Shown one piece after another: positions 1 to 8,917 of a stretch of DNA of 64,000 nt. Numbering within the stretch: the stretch's first letter is position 1; every line of letters starts with the position of its first letter. The translations under genes and the position numbers were made by a program. The stretch is from an uncultured Eubacteriales bacterium (GTDB lineage: Bacteria; Bacillota_I; Bacilli_A; RF39; UBA660), in NCBI GenBank assembly GCA_905211265.1, contig CAJMAC010000001.1:2412-66411 (forward strand). Reading direction: 5' to 3'. Under the pieces are notes generated by a model. It did no database searches. It saw only the letters and a list, made by a program, of their open reading frames with translations, and had not been told where the DNA came from.

Positions 1-1420
1 ATTTAGGATAAGGGTTCTCTTTTGTATTATCTAATATATAACTAGTTCTATCAGGAATTGAAGCATGACTTAAAATAATTGTATTTATATGTTCTTGGTC
101 TATTAAAGCATTAGTATTATCTGTTAATAATTCATAAAAATAACTACTTGCTTTTGGTCCTAAGCCTCCTAAAACACCTAATTGATATTCACTATTATTA
201 CTTTCTTCTTTTTTATCATATACTGGAGGATATTTCTTAACTACTTTATAATCTTTTCCATATATAATATTGTTCCATATTATTCTTTTAATACTATTAT
301 CTTTATTATATTTTAAAGTATAAGTATATTTCTTTTCTTTAATTAATTCTCTAACTTCTTTATATAAACTACTAGGTAAATATTTCTTTAATAAACCTTT
401 CGGAGTAACTAACCATAAATGTTTATTTTTATTATATACTGTTTCATTATCTAAATTATATATATAGTCTTCAACTAAATACTTAGCTAAATTACAACCA
501 CATGCAGTTACAAAGAAACTACTTCTACCTTGTCTTAAATTCATTTCAAAGAATTTATATTTTTTATCCCTATAATCATATTTTATATCAAAATTAGAAT
601 AACCTACATAATTAATATCTTCCAAAAATTCTTTTACTTTTTTATAAATTTCATCATTATATGTACTAATAATAGCCTTATAATTACCTACACCATATGG
701 AGTATGTTCTTCCATAATACATCTACCTAAACACATCATTTTTACTTTTCCTAAATGATTTGAATAACAATTAAGTACATACATTGAATCATCTGATCCA
801 GGTATATAATCCTGTACTATAATATTACCATTATATCCTGACTTAAATATTAATTTAGATATATCTCTTACTTCTTTAACACTATTTAATTTATAGCTTT
901 TTTCTTTACCTACAAAAATAACCTTAGAATATTCTGTCGAAGAAGATGGCTTTAAAGCATAATAATTATATTTAGGAATATCTATACTTTTATAATTAGA
1001 TTTAGTAATTATTGTAGTCTCAGGATAATCTAATTTATATTTATCACATATTTTATAAAAAGATTCTTTATCTTCAATCATTGGTTTTAACTTCTTATCC
1101 ATAAATGGTAATATATACATTTTTGATAATTTTTCTCTATTATCTAATATCAAATCTGTATACCATTCTGCACATGAAAGTAATATTAATTTATCATATT
1201 TATCTTTATTCTCTTCATAAATATCAGTCATTATTTTGACAAAATCTTGATATAAATTTTCATATATTTTAACATCTACTATTTTACTATTCCTAGTTTC
1301 TCTAAGAGCAAATGTTCCTACTGCCAAAGATTTAATATTATATTCTTCATGAAATGATCTTGCAATTCCATAACAATTAGCATCTGTTCCTAATATCACT
1401 GGTAAAAATGTTTTATTCAT
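1..1420 (-). CDS. ATP-grasp carboxylate-amine ligase (D-aspartate ligase-like) fused in frame to an aspartate racemase domain; 3' end runs off the window
   Basis: Absent from the ORF track because it is open to base 1. Hand translation from ATG 1420-1418 gives MNKTFLPVILGTDANCYGIARSFHEEYNIKS... (ATP-grasp). It continues without a stop through ..YDKKEESNNSEYQ into LGVLGGLGPKASSYFYELL..DQEHINTIILSHASIPDRTSYIL (Asp/Glu racemase N-terminal signature, bases 1-187). Confidence 0.7.
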   Translation of the reverse strand, partial: MNKTFLPVILGTDANCYGIARSFHEEYNIKSLAVGTFALRETRNSKIVDVKIYENLYQDFVKIMTDIYEENKDKYDKLILLSCAEWYTDLILDNREKLSKMYILPFMDKKLKPMIEDKESFYKICDKYKLDYPETTIITKSNYKSIDIPKYNYYALKPSSSTEYSKVIFVGKEKSYKLNSVKEVRDISKLIFKSGYNGNIIVQDYIPGSDDSMYVLNCYSNHLGKVKMMCLGRCIMEEHTPYGVGNYKAIISTYNDEIYKKVKEFLEDINYVGYSNFDIKYDYRDKKYKFFEMNLRQGRSSFFVTACGCNLAKYLVEDYIYNLDNETVYNKNKHLWLVTPKGLLKKYLPSSLYKEVRELIKEKKYTYTLKYNKDNSIKRIIWNNIIYGKDYKVVKKYPPVYDKKEESNNSEYQLGVLGGLGPKASSYFYELLTDNTNALIDQEHINTIILSHASIPDRTSYILDNTKENPYPK

Positions 1421-1516
1421 TGTAATCACCCTTATAAAAATTATATAACAAATAAGATTAATTGTCTATAAATTAAAAAAATGTTTACAAAAAAATAAGT
1501 AAAATTATTACTTATC

Positions 1517-2509
1517 TTAAAATAAACCACCTTGCTTAATACCAAAATGTTTATATGCTTTTTCTGTTACTATTCTACCACGAGTAGTTCTTTTTAAATA
1601 TCCTTGTTGTAATAAATAAGGTTCATAAACATCTTCGATTGTACCAGCTTCTTCTCCAATAGAACTTGCTATTGCTTCAATACCTACCGGTCCTCCATTA
1701 AATTTTTCAATAATTGCCTTAAGTAAATTATAGTCTGTTTCATCAAGTCCTACTTTATCTACTTTTAATCTATCAAGTGCTAACTCTACAATATCTTTAC
1801 TTATATGACCTTCACCTTCAACTAAAGCAAAATCTCTTACTCTTTTAAATAATCTATTACAAATTCTTGGTGTACCTCTACTTCTTCTAGCAAGTTCATA
1901 CGCTGCTTCATCATCAATATCAATATTTAATACTCTACTTGTTCTTTTTACAATATCAAATAGTTCATCTTCAGTATAATAATTCAATCTTGATATAATA
2001 CCAAATCTATCTCTAAGAGGACTAGATAAATCACCTGCTCTAGTAGTAGCACCCACTAAAGTAAATTTAGGTAAATTAATAGTAACACTACGATTACTTC
2101 CTTCTCCACCAATAACTATATCTAATTTAAAGTCTTCCATCGCTGAATATAATATTTCCTCAATAAATCTAGGTATTCTATGTATCTCATCAATAAATAA
2201 AACATCATTTGGTTCTAATGTAGAAAGTATTGCAACTAAATCTCCTGATTTTTCAATTGCTGGACCAGATGCAGTTTTTATATTTGTACCCATTTCGTTT
2301 GCAATAATATATGCTAATGTTGTTTTACCAAGTCCTGGTGGACCATATAAAAGCACATGATCTAATGGTTCATTCCTCATTAAAGCAGACTTAATAAATA
2401 CTTTAATATTCTCTTTTACCTCGCTTTGACCTATATAGTCATCAAGCGTTTCTGGTCTAATATTTTCATCATCTGCAAATTTATCTGGTGACATAATTCT
2501 ATCTTCCAT
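1517..2509 (-). CDS. ruvB: Holliday junction branch migration ATPase RuvB
   Basis: Walker [10 protein letters not shown], Walker B LFIDEIH, RuvB C-terminal winged-helix region. GGAGG SD lies just upstream of the ATG. Confidence 0.97.
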   Translation of the reverse strand: MEDRIMSPDKFADDENIRPETLDDYIGQSEVKENIKVFIKSALMRNEPLDHVLLYGPPGLGKTTLAYIIANEMGTNIKTASGPAIEKSGDLVAILSTLEPNDVLFIDEIHRIPRFIEEILYSAMEDFKLDIVIGGEGSNRSVTINLPKFTLVGATTRAGDLSSPLRDRFGIISRLNYYTEDELFDIVKRTSRVLNIDIDDEAAYELARRSRGTPRICNRLFKRVRDFALVEGEGHISKDIVELALDRLKVDKVGLDETDYNLLKAIIEKFNGGPVGIEAIASSIGEEAGTIEDVYEPYLLQQGYLKRTTRGRIVTEKAYKHFGIKQGGLF

Positions 2510-2931
2510 AAATACCTCCTTGTTAAATAAACATTAGTCTTTATTTAATTTTTTCTATCTTTTTTATTATCTCATTTGATTTTCTTTCTTGTTCTAATCT
2601 TTATATAGTTTCAATAATATATAATATGTTTTTACATAAGTTCTCGTAGAAAAGAAAGTAAACTATATTGTTTATTTTCTACCATCTTCATTATAATATA
2701 ATTCCTTATAATTTTCAATATATTTTACACTTACATTTAGATTTTCATATATATCAAAAGTAATATAAATATACAAAACAAAATCAAATATGTCAATATA
2801 ATTTTAATATTATTTTTAACAACTTTATTTTTATTTAAAATATTATATTTAAAAAGTTTTTTTAATACTTTTATAGGTAGTAAAAATAAAAAACACTTAA
2901 AATTATCAATATAACTTTAAGTATATAAATA

Positions 2932-3378
2932 TTATTCTTTTATATCATAACCTAATTTCTTTAATTCTAATAACGCAATTAATGATAAATCATTAACAGT
3001 TAATTTATTTATATCATAGAAATCTGCTCCTAAAGAGTCATCATTAACTTCATCAATATTAATATTTTTCATAATTTCATTTGAATAACTATTTACACTA
3101 TAAAATATTCCTACATGATGACATTTATACATACCATCTTCACGTAACCAAGTTGCTACTACTGAATCAGTATCAAATAATTCACATTTCTTTACTATTA
3201 TTCCTGTTTCTTCCTCTAATTCTCTTTTTAATGTTTCTATTGGACGTTCTCCAAACTCTAAACTACCTCCTGGTAAATCTAATAATCCATCATATGGACC
3301 AGATACTTTTTTAATTAATAAAATCTTATTATCTTTAACAATTAATCCATATACTCCTAAATGTCTATGTTCTTTCAT
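2932..3378 (-). CDS. Nudix hydrolase
   Basis: Nudix box GGSLEFGERPIETLKRELEEETGI. Confidence 0.9.
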   Translation of the reverse strand: MKEHRHLGVYGLIVKDNKILLIKKVSGPYDGLLDLPGGSLEFGERPIETLKRELEEETGIIVKKCELFDTDSVVATWLREDGMYKCHHVGIFYSVNSYSNEIMKNINIDEVNDDSLGADFYDINKLTVNDLSLIALLELKKLGYDIKE

Positions 3379-3450
3379 ATTACCTCCTACACTAATATTA
3401 TATATTATAATAAAAGCAATATCAACTAAATATTAAATTTTAAAAAAAGT

Positions 3451-3481
3451 CAAAAATAAAAACCCTTATAAAACAAGGGTT
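3451..3481 (-). terminator. Rho-independent terminator after tRNA-Arg
   Basis: Minus strand AACCCTT-gttttat-AAGGGTT followed by TTTTATTTTT. Confidence 0.6.
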
Positions 3482-3491
3482 ACATTACAAG

Positions 3492-3568
3492 TGGCGTCCC
3501 CAGAAGGATTCGAACCTTCGACCGCTCGCTTAGAAGGCGAGTGCTCTATCCAGCTGAGCTATGAGGAC
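3492..3568 (-). tRNA. tRNA-Arg (anticodon TCT)
   Basis: Reverse complement GTCCTCATAGCTCAGCTGGATAGAGCACTCGCCTTCTAAGCGAG..GGTTCGAATCC..GGGGACGCCA. Cloverleaf with anticodon loop CTTCTAA, T-loop GGTTCGAATCC, encoded CCA. Confidence 0.9.
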
Positions 3569-3612
3569 AGCAATCTCAAACAGATACACTGATTATACAC
3601 CACTTTTTAAAA

Positions 3613-4584
3613 TTATTCAATACTTTTTAGTGAAAAATTATAAATTTCTTCATTATTTACCATAAAAATAACATCTTTTACAGGAAAATTATCTCCAATA
3701 GATAATCCTATTGTATAAATTACCTCTTCTAAAACATTATTTGTAGTTAAATCATTTAATAACATATTATTAAAATTTAACTTTAATACTTCATCCTTTA
3801 ATTCATAATTTAATAATTTAGCATTAACATTTAAAAAACTCATTAAATTACTTTCATATACTGGCGAGGTAGATAATTGTTCTATTATTACCTTTATTTT
3901 ATCTTGATTAGTATTATTTATATATTTAGTTACAGGTACATAATAATAATTATCATTATAACTATTTACATAATAAGTAGTATATGAATCTATATTACTC
4001 ATACTTACTAATTCATAATTTTTATTTATTCCATAATCTCTATCTAACATTGTAGGAAGTATTTTTTTACTATGAGGTAATCTATCTAAAACATTACCTT
4101 CTACTTTAATTATAACTTTATCTATACCATCAATATTAGTTAAAGTATAAATAATTGACTCAATCATTTTTTCTTCATAATCACCATTTATTTCTAATAA
4201 TTCCTTAGAAAAATCAATTGTAAGTACACCTTTATCTAATTCAATATTTTTTACACTTGTTCCACTTGGTATAATACTTCTAAATCCATTTGGTATAATA
4301 TTACTTTTTTTTCCATCAATTGTTAATCCTTCTAGTAAATCCATTGCTTTATCTACTTCACTACAATTACAACTAGTAATTAATGTTCTAGCAACATAAT
4401 CATTACTATCAAGTAAATAAATAACCGCTAAATTATTTGGATATACATATTCAATATTATCATGTTTCAATTCTAATTCCTTTTCTTCATTCCCAGGTAT
4501 TAAATATAAAATAACTAACATAATAAGTGCAAGTGAAGCCACAATTATTTTTCTAATACTAAATTTCTTTAACATATAATTCAC
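3613..4584 (-). CDS. gerM: Germination/sporulation protein GerM-like (two GerMN domains), membrane anchored
   Basis: N-terminal TM segment. Two GerMN-like modules (..VLTIDFSKELL...MIESIIYTLTNIDGIDKVIIKVEGN.. and ..VLKLNFNN...EVIYTIGLSIGDNFPVKDVIFMVNN). Confidence 0.75.
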   Translation of the reverse strand: MNYMLKKFSIRKIIVASLALIMLVILYLIPGNEEKELELKHDNIEYVYPNNLAVIYLLDSNDYVARTLITSCNCSEVDKAMDLLEGLTIDGKKSNIIPNGFRSIIPSGTSVKNIELDKGVLTIDFSKELLEINGDYEEKMIESIIYTLTNIDGIDKVIIKVEGNVLDRLPHSKKILPTMLDRDYGINKNYELVSMSNIDSYTTYYVNSYNDNYYYVPVTKYINNTNQDKIKVIIEQLSTSPVYESNLMSFLNVNAKLLNYELKDEVLKLNFNNMLLNDLTTNNVLEEVIYTIGLSIGDNFPVKDVIFMVNNEEIYNFSLKSIE

Positions 4585-4618
4585 CCTAGTAAAATATATT
4601 CTTTTAATTTATATTTAT

Positions 4619-4641
4619 GAAAAAAAGCCATTAACTGGCTT
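4619..4641 (-). terminator. Rho-independent terminator after gerE
   Basis: Minus strand AAGCCA-gttaa-TGGCTT followed by TTTTTTT; overlaps the gerE stop codon. Confidence 0.6.
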
Positions 4642-4846
4642 ATAAAGTTATTTCATTTAACCTAAGTAGTTCCACTACTGCTTGAGCACGACCCTTCACA
4701 GATAGTTTTTGCATTGCATTAGATATATGATTCCTTACTGTCTTTTCACTTATATTCAATTGTTCAGCAATTTCTTTGGTAGTTTTATTAGCAATAAGTA
4801 ATGTAAATACTTCTTTTTCTCTTTTAGTTAATATACTTTTATTCAT
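4640..4846 (-). CDS. gerE: LuxR/GerE-family spore-coat transcription regulator GerE
   Basis: 68 aa, HTH only: LTKREKEVFTLL..KTTKEIAEQLNISEKTVRNHISNAMQKL. Monocistronic, between a candidate promoter and a terminator. Confidence 0.8.
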   Translation of the reverse strand: MNKSILTKREKEVFTLLIANKTTKEIAEQLNISEKTVRNHISNAMQKLSVKGRAQAVVELLRLNEITL

Positions 4847-4891
4847 ACATACCTCACTTTTCTTATAGGGTGGAGTTAACTTATCTCATAA

Positions 4892-4900
4892 TATTGTATG
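4892..4900 (-). promoter_or_regulatory. Candidate mother-cell sigma (sigmaE/sigmaK-type) -10 element upstream of gerE
   Basis: Minus strand CATACAATA matches CATAnnnTA / CATACAnT about 46 nt upstream of the gerE ATG. I could not place a convincing -35. Confidence 0.25.
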
Positions 4901-4936
4901 AAGTATTTAACTAAAAGACACAGTATTTTAACCTAT

Positions 4937-5455
4937 TTATGCTTGAAATTCAACAGAAATATACATTTTTTTATCAAATTCCCCTTGTACTAATCTCATT
5001 ATATTGTTTGCTAACTCCACATTATGTTCTTTTGCACCTACTACTACTCTTATTTGATCACTATTTATTTTAACAAAATTATCATAATTATAAGTTGCTT
5101 TAATCTTACTTTCTATTGTTTCTTCTAAGGAAGAATTTTTATTAATAGATTTTAATTCTTCAAAAACTAAATTCTTTTCTTCAGTACTTATATCTTTACT
5201 AGTAAGCTTTTCCTTTAAACTATTAATATTATTTAATACATTATTATTATCTTCTACTTTTAACGCAGATATTATATCACTTTCCATAATATCAACTTTC
5301 TTATCATTATCCTCATTCTTATTAACATCACTATTTTTTATTATACTATCATTATTAGTAATTAGTAATTCATTTGGCATAGTAATATAATAAATACTAA
5401 GTACTAATATTAAACTAAACAATGTTAAAAACCATAAATTTTTCTTCTTAATCAT
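4937..5455 (-). CDS. spoIIIAH: Stage III sporulation protein AH-like
   Basis: N-terminus MIKKKNLWFLTLFSLILVLSIYYITMP is the typical SpoIIIAH TM/leader. Acidic linker, then C-terminal YscJ-like end ..IRVVVGAKEHN..LANNIMRLVQGEF..YISVEF. Confidence 0.6.
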   Translation of the reverse strand: MIKKKNLWFLTLFSLILVLSIYYITMPNELLITNNDSIIKNSDVNKNEDNDKKVDIMESDIISALKVEDNNNVLNNINSLKEKLTSKDISTEEKNLVFEELKSINKNSSLEETIESKIKATYNYDNFVKINSDQIRVVVGAKEHNVELANNIMRLVQGEFDKKMYISVEFQA

Positions 5456-5524
5456 ATATATTCCTCTTTTCTAATTAATAATATTATCTACAATAAAAAA
5501 ATATACCTTAAAACTAAGATATAT

Positions 5525-6331
5525 TTATTCATTATTTTCTTTATAAAAAGTTGTATTAATTATCATACCCAGTACAAACATAAAACTCATTGAATATAAC
5601 CAAATAAGAAGTATTATAATACTAGATAAATTACCATATAAAATATCATATCTTGCAAAATACTCTATATAATATCCAAATATTACTGAAAATAACATCC
5701 ATGATATAGTAGTAATTAATGCCCCCATAGTAGTATTTCTACTAGAAATTTGTTTACTCGGAGATATCGTATATATAAGTTTTATATTAATTAATATAAT
5801 AAAGAATGTTAATGGCCATTTAATTATATTAATTACAAATATTAATTCATCAGTTATACCAGAAAATACTTCCGTAGATTTAATAAATAATAGAATTTTT
5901 TCACCAAATATTGGTACTAACATCATAAATATAAATAGTAATAATATATCTATTAATATAATAACAGATTTAATTCTATCTTTTACTATATCACTATTTT
6001 TTACATTATATAAATTGTTCGCAGACTTTATAATAGCATATGTACCATTCGTAGATACAATAAATGCAATTAAGTTAAACATTCCTACATTAGTATCAAA
6101 ACCACGACCATTAATTATTTCTAATATAAATTCCGCTACTTTTTGAGGTAACATATCATTTATAATAACTGCAAATCTATCTAAAGAAATATTAAAGGAA
6201 GATGCAATTAATACAATTATAGTAAGAATAGGAATAATTGCCAAAAACAAGTAATACGCTAAGGATGCTGGCAATATTCCAAGTTCTGCTCTACTAAAAA
6301 TATTTACTATTTTCTTTAGTTGCCTCTTCAT
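5525..6331 (-). CDS. YihY/BrkB-family integral membrane protein
   Basis: About 6 TM segments; N-terminal GILPASLAYYLFLAIIPILT motif typical of the YihY family. Confidence 0.75.
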   Translation of the reverse strand: MKRQLKKIVNIFSRAELGILPASLAYYLFLAIIPILTIIVLIASSFNISLDRFAVIINDMLPQKVAEFILEIINGRGFDTNVGMFNLIAFIVSTNGTYAIIKSANNLYNVKNSDIVKDRIKSVIILIDILLLFIFMMLVPIFGEKILLFIKSTEVFSGITDELIFVINIIKWPLTFFIILINIKLIYTISPSKQISSRNTTMGALITTISWMLFSVIFGYYIEYFARYDILYGNLSSIIILLIWLYSMSFMFVLGMIINTTFYKENNE

Positions 6332-8370
6332 TAGTTTTCCTTTTCTTTTTCCTTATTCTTTCTCATTTCTAAAGTTGCTTCATTAATTGCATCATCAACA
6401 GTTTTAATATCATCTAATATCATACTATATCCAATACTTGCACCATATCCGTAAGGTAATTCCTTTAATTCCTTATATATTTTTCTAGTATAACTTACTA
6501 CATCCTTTTCAGAATATCCAACCATATATACTAAGAATTCATTACCATCAGTACGCATAATATCAGTATTTTCTAATTGATTAATTATCAAAATACTTGC
6601 AGCTTTCTTAATAACATTGTCTCCCTCTTCATGTCCATGACTATCATTAATATCTTTAATATTATTTAAATCTATTACCACAAAACATTGAGGATATATA
6701 ACATTACTATCCCATTTTTCCATATTATAATTCAAGTAATTTCTATTTTTCAAAGAAGTCATAACATCAATAAATTTCATTTTTTCTTCTTTTTTAATTG
6801 TTTTTTCTTTATTTCTTTTACTCTTAATGCCAAGTATTATTAATGTTAAAATAAGTAATATTCCAAGTGCTATACCAACATATTTTAATATATTAGTAAT
6901 ATTACCACTTAAATAAGTTTCATTAATATTATAACTATATTTAATCTCATTATAGTTTATCATTGATACATAAAAACTAAATAAATTAATAAATGTACTG
7001 TTTTTATTAACATCTCTTATTACAAAACTATAATCAGTATTAATCGTATCATTATATATAATATTATAACTAGATAACTTTTGATTCTTATAATAATTAT
7101 ATGTATCTAAATCAAGTATTATAATACTATTACCATCAATATTTCTAATTAACTCATCAGTATTATCATATCCTTTAGGTACTATACCATTCTTACTTAA
7201 ATAATCAAATAAATAACTATTACTAACAGTATATACTTCCTTATCCTTTAAACTTCTTATAGTACTTAAATAAGTAGTATCTTTAGATAAAATAACATAT
7301 TCTTCTTTAAAAGGACTAACAGTATAATATCTATCAACATTAGTATTATTAGTACTAAAATTACCAAATACTAAATCAATTTCTCCACTTGATAAAGCAT
7401 TCTTTAAATCATTAATATTATCATATCTAATAGTTTTAAAATCTACATCAAATAAATCTTCAAAACCACTTAAATAATTAGATAAAGTTCCCACAAATTC
7501 TTCATTTTCCTTCTTTTCATATGGAGTATATGTAACATAACCAAAAACATAAGAATTAGCATTATAACTCATCTTTTCTTCATCACTAATATTCTTAGCC
7601 TTAAAAAATAAATTAATAAAATTTTCTTTATATACATCATCAAAATATTCATTCTTATATTTCATTGTATATTTTTTCATTATATTTAATAATGTACTAT
7701 TATCTTTAATAGATAAAACATACTTTTTATTAATATCACTTACATGACATATTATATTTAATTCATTTTCAACAATTTGTTCTAAATATTGATTCATTGG
7801 CACAAGCAAGTGAGTAATTTCTTCATTTTTTAATCCAAGTAACATTGAATCAATATCATTATATGTTTTATAAGATATCCCTTTAATACTAGATAAATAA
7901 TAACTAGCTAGAGAAATATCATTAGATAGTACTCCCAAAGATATATTACTAATATCAGATATCTTATCATATTTAGTTTTATCTTTTGATACAATTACAT
8001 ATTTATCTTCATATATCAAAATATCATTATCACTAATTTTTTCATCACTTTTTAATATTTTAAAAGCAACATTCTTATAATTATTTGAATTAGATAAATA
8101 AGATACCTTATTAAAATTAACACCATATTCCTCAGTAAATTTACTTAAATAATCAAATATTACACCATTACCACTACTACCAAAAATAGATACATCATTA
8201 TATACACTAACATCTACTACATTACTTTGATTATCATTAATCCACTTCTTTTCTAATAATGATAAACTAGCATCATCTTTACTATAATTTAGTATAAATA
8301 TAAGTAATGCTACTACAAATATAACCGCAGTTATTGATAATATTATTATTTTATTAGTTTTCTTTTTCAT
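6331..8370 (-). CDS. Membrane receptor with extracellular solute-binding-like domains and a degenerate GGDEF domain
   Basis: N-terminal TM, two SBP_bac_3-like regions, a second TM, then the GGDEF fold (DLNNIKDINDSHGHEEGDNVI). The signature reads RTDGNEF (bases 6535-6549) instead of GG(D/E)EF. Confidence 0.8.
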   Translation of the reverse strand: MKKKTNKIIILSITAVIFVVALLIFILNYSKDDASLSLLEKKWINDNQSNVVDVSVYNDVSIFGSSGNGVIFDYLSKFTEEYGVNFNKVSYLSNSNNYKNVAFKILKSDEKISDNDILIYEDKYVIVSKDKTKYDKISDISNISLGVLSNDISLASYYLSSIKGISYKTYNDIDSMLLGLKNEEITHLLVPMNQYLEQIVENELNIICHVSDINKKYVLSIKDNSTLLNIMKKYTMKYKNEYFDDVYKENFINLFFKAKNISDEEKMSYNANSYVFGYVTYTPYEKKENEEFVGTLSNYLSGFEDLFDVDFKTIRYDNINDLKNALSSGEIDLVFGNFSTNNTNVDRYYTVSPFKEEYVILSKDTTYLSTIRSLKDKEVYTVSNSYLFDYLSKNGIVPKGYDNTDELIRNIDGNSIIILDLDTYNYYKNQKLSSYNIIYNDTINTDYSFVIRDVNKNSTFINLFSFYVSMINYNEIKYSYNINETYLSGNITNILKYVGIALGILLILTLIILGIKSKRNKEKTIKKEEKMKFIDVMTSLKNRNYLNYNMEKWDSNVIYPQCFVVIDLNNIKDINDSHGHEEGDNVIKKAASILIINQLENTDIMRTDGNEFLVYMVGYSEKDVVSYTRKIYKELKELPYGYGASIGYSMILDDIKTVDDAINEATLEMRKNKEKEKEN

Positions 8371-8379
8371 ACTTTCACA

Positions 8380-8844
8380 CTATCCCTTTGTCCATGATAT
8401 AACAGTTTTATTATGATGTTTATACCCTTCAATCGCTGTAGTTTTTTCACCATCATCTGTTTCATTAACCCATTTAACTATAAAACTAAAGTCATAAAAT
8501 TTCAATTCATCTTCACTAAATTTCTCTAATACTTCATCACTAATACTTTTAACCGCATCAGTATTAACACCACTTTTAGCTTGAAATCCAATATAAACAA
8601 TCTTACCTTGAAGTCTAACGTTAGCACTTTCTATATTATCATTTTCCTCTAAAGAGGTTTTAACTTCATTTAAAAATGAATCTGATAACTTAACATCTTC
8701 TATTCCGTCTAATCTATCTCCATATGTACCCTTACCAGTAGTAATAAATAAACTTATTAATATTATAAATACAATAATAAATAATATTAAAGCAAGACCA
8801 CATACAATTGATAACCCCTTATGTTTGTTAATAAAATTTAACAT
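8380..8844 (-). CDS. Hypothetical membrane-anchored protein
   Basis: Single N-terminal TM and about 110 aa of soluble domain. No family recognised. Confidence 0.5.
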   Translation of the reverse strand: MLNFINKHKGLSIVCGLALILFIIVFIILISLFITTGKGTYGDRLDGIEDVKLSDSFLNEVKTSLEENDNIESANVRLQGKIVYIGFQAKSGVNTDAVKSISDEVLEKFSEDELKFYDFSFIVKWVNETDDGEKTTAIEGYKHHNKTVISWTKG

Positions 8845-8917
8845 TTTCTCACTTCCCTTTTACATAATTATACTATATATCATTTACTAAATCAATATTT
8901 AAAAGGAAAAAAGAATA

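Noticed and set aside
3081-3314. 77-aa plus-strand ORF inside the Nudix gene. Similar antisense ORFs from the track: 9852-10124, 11322-11705, 13699-13881, 17028-17339, 17661-17873, 19726-19923, 21758-21979, 23821-24054, 24760-24948, 28548-28859, 29613-29804, 30202-30447, 31961-32149, 42659-42922, 44538-44720, 51489-51671, 56771-57181, 60020-60445, 63344-63625, 63553-63855.
   Set aside because: All lie antisense within well-supported genes, lack an SD, and encode low-complexity Leu/Ile/Phe/Ser-rich strings. That is what stop-poor antisense frames of AT-rich coding DNA are expected to look like.
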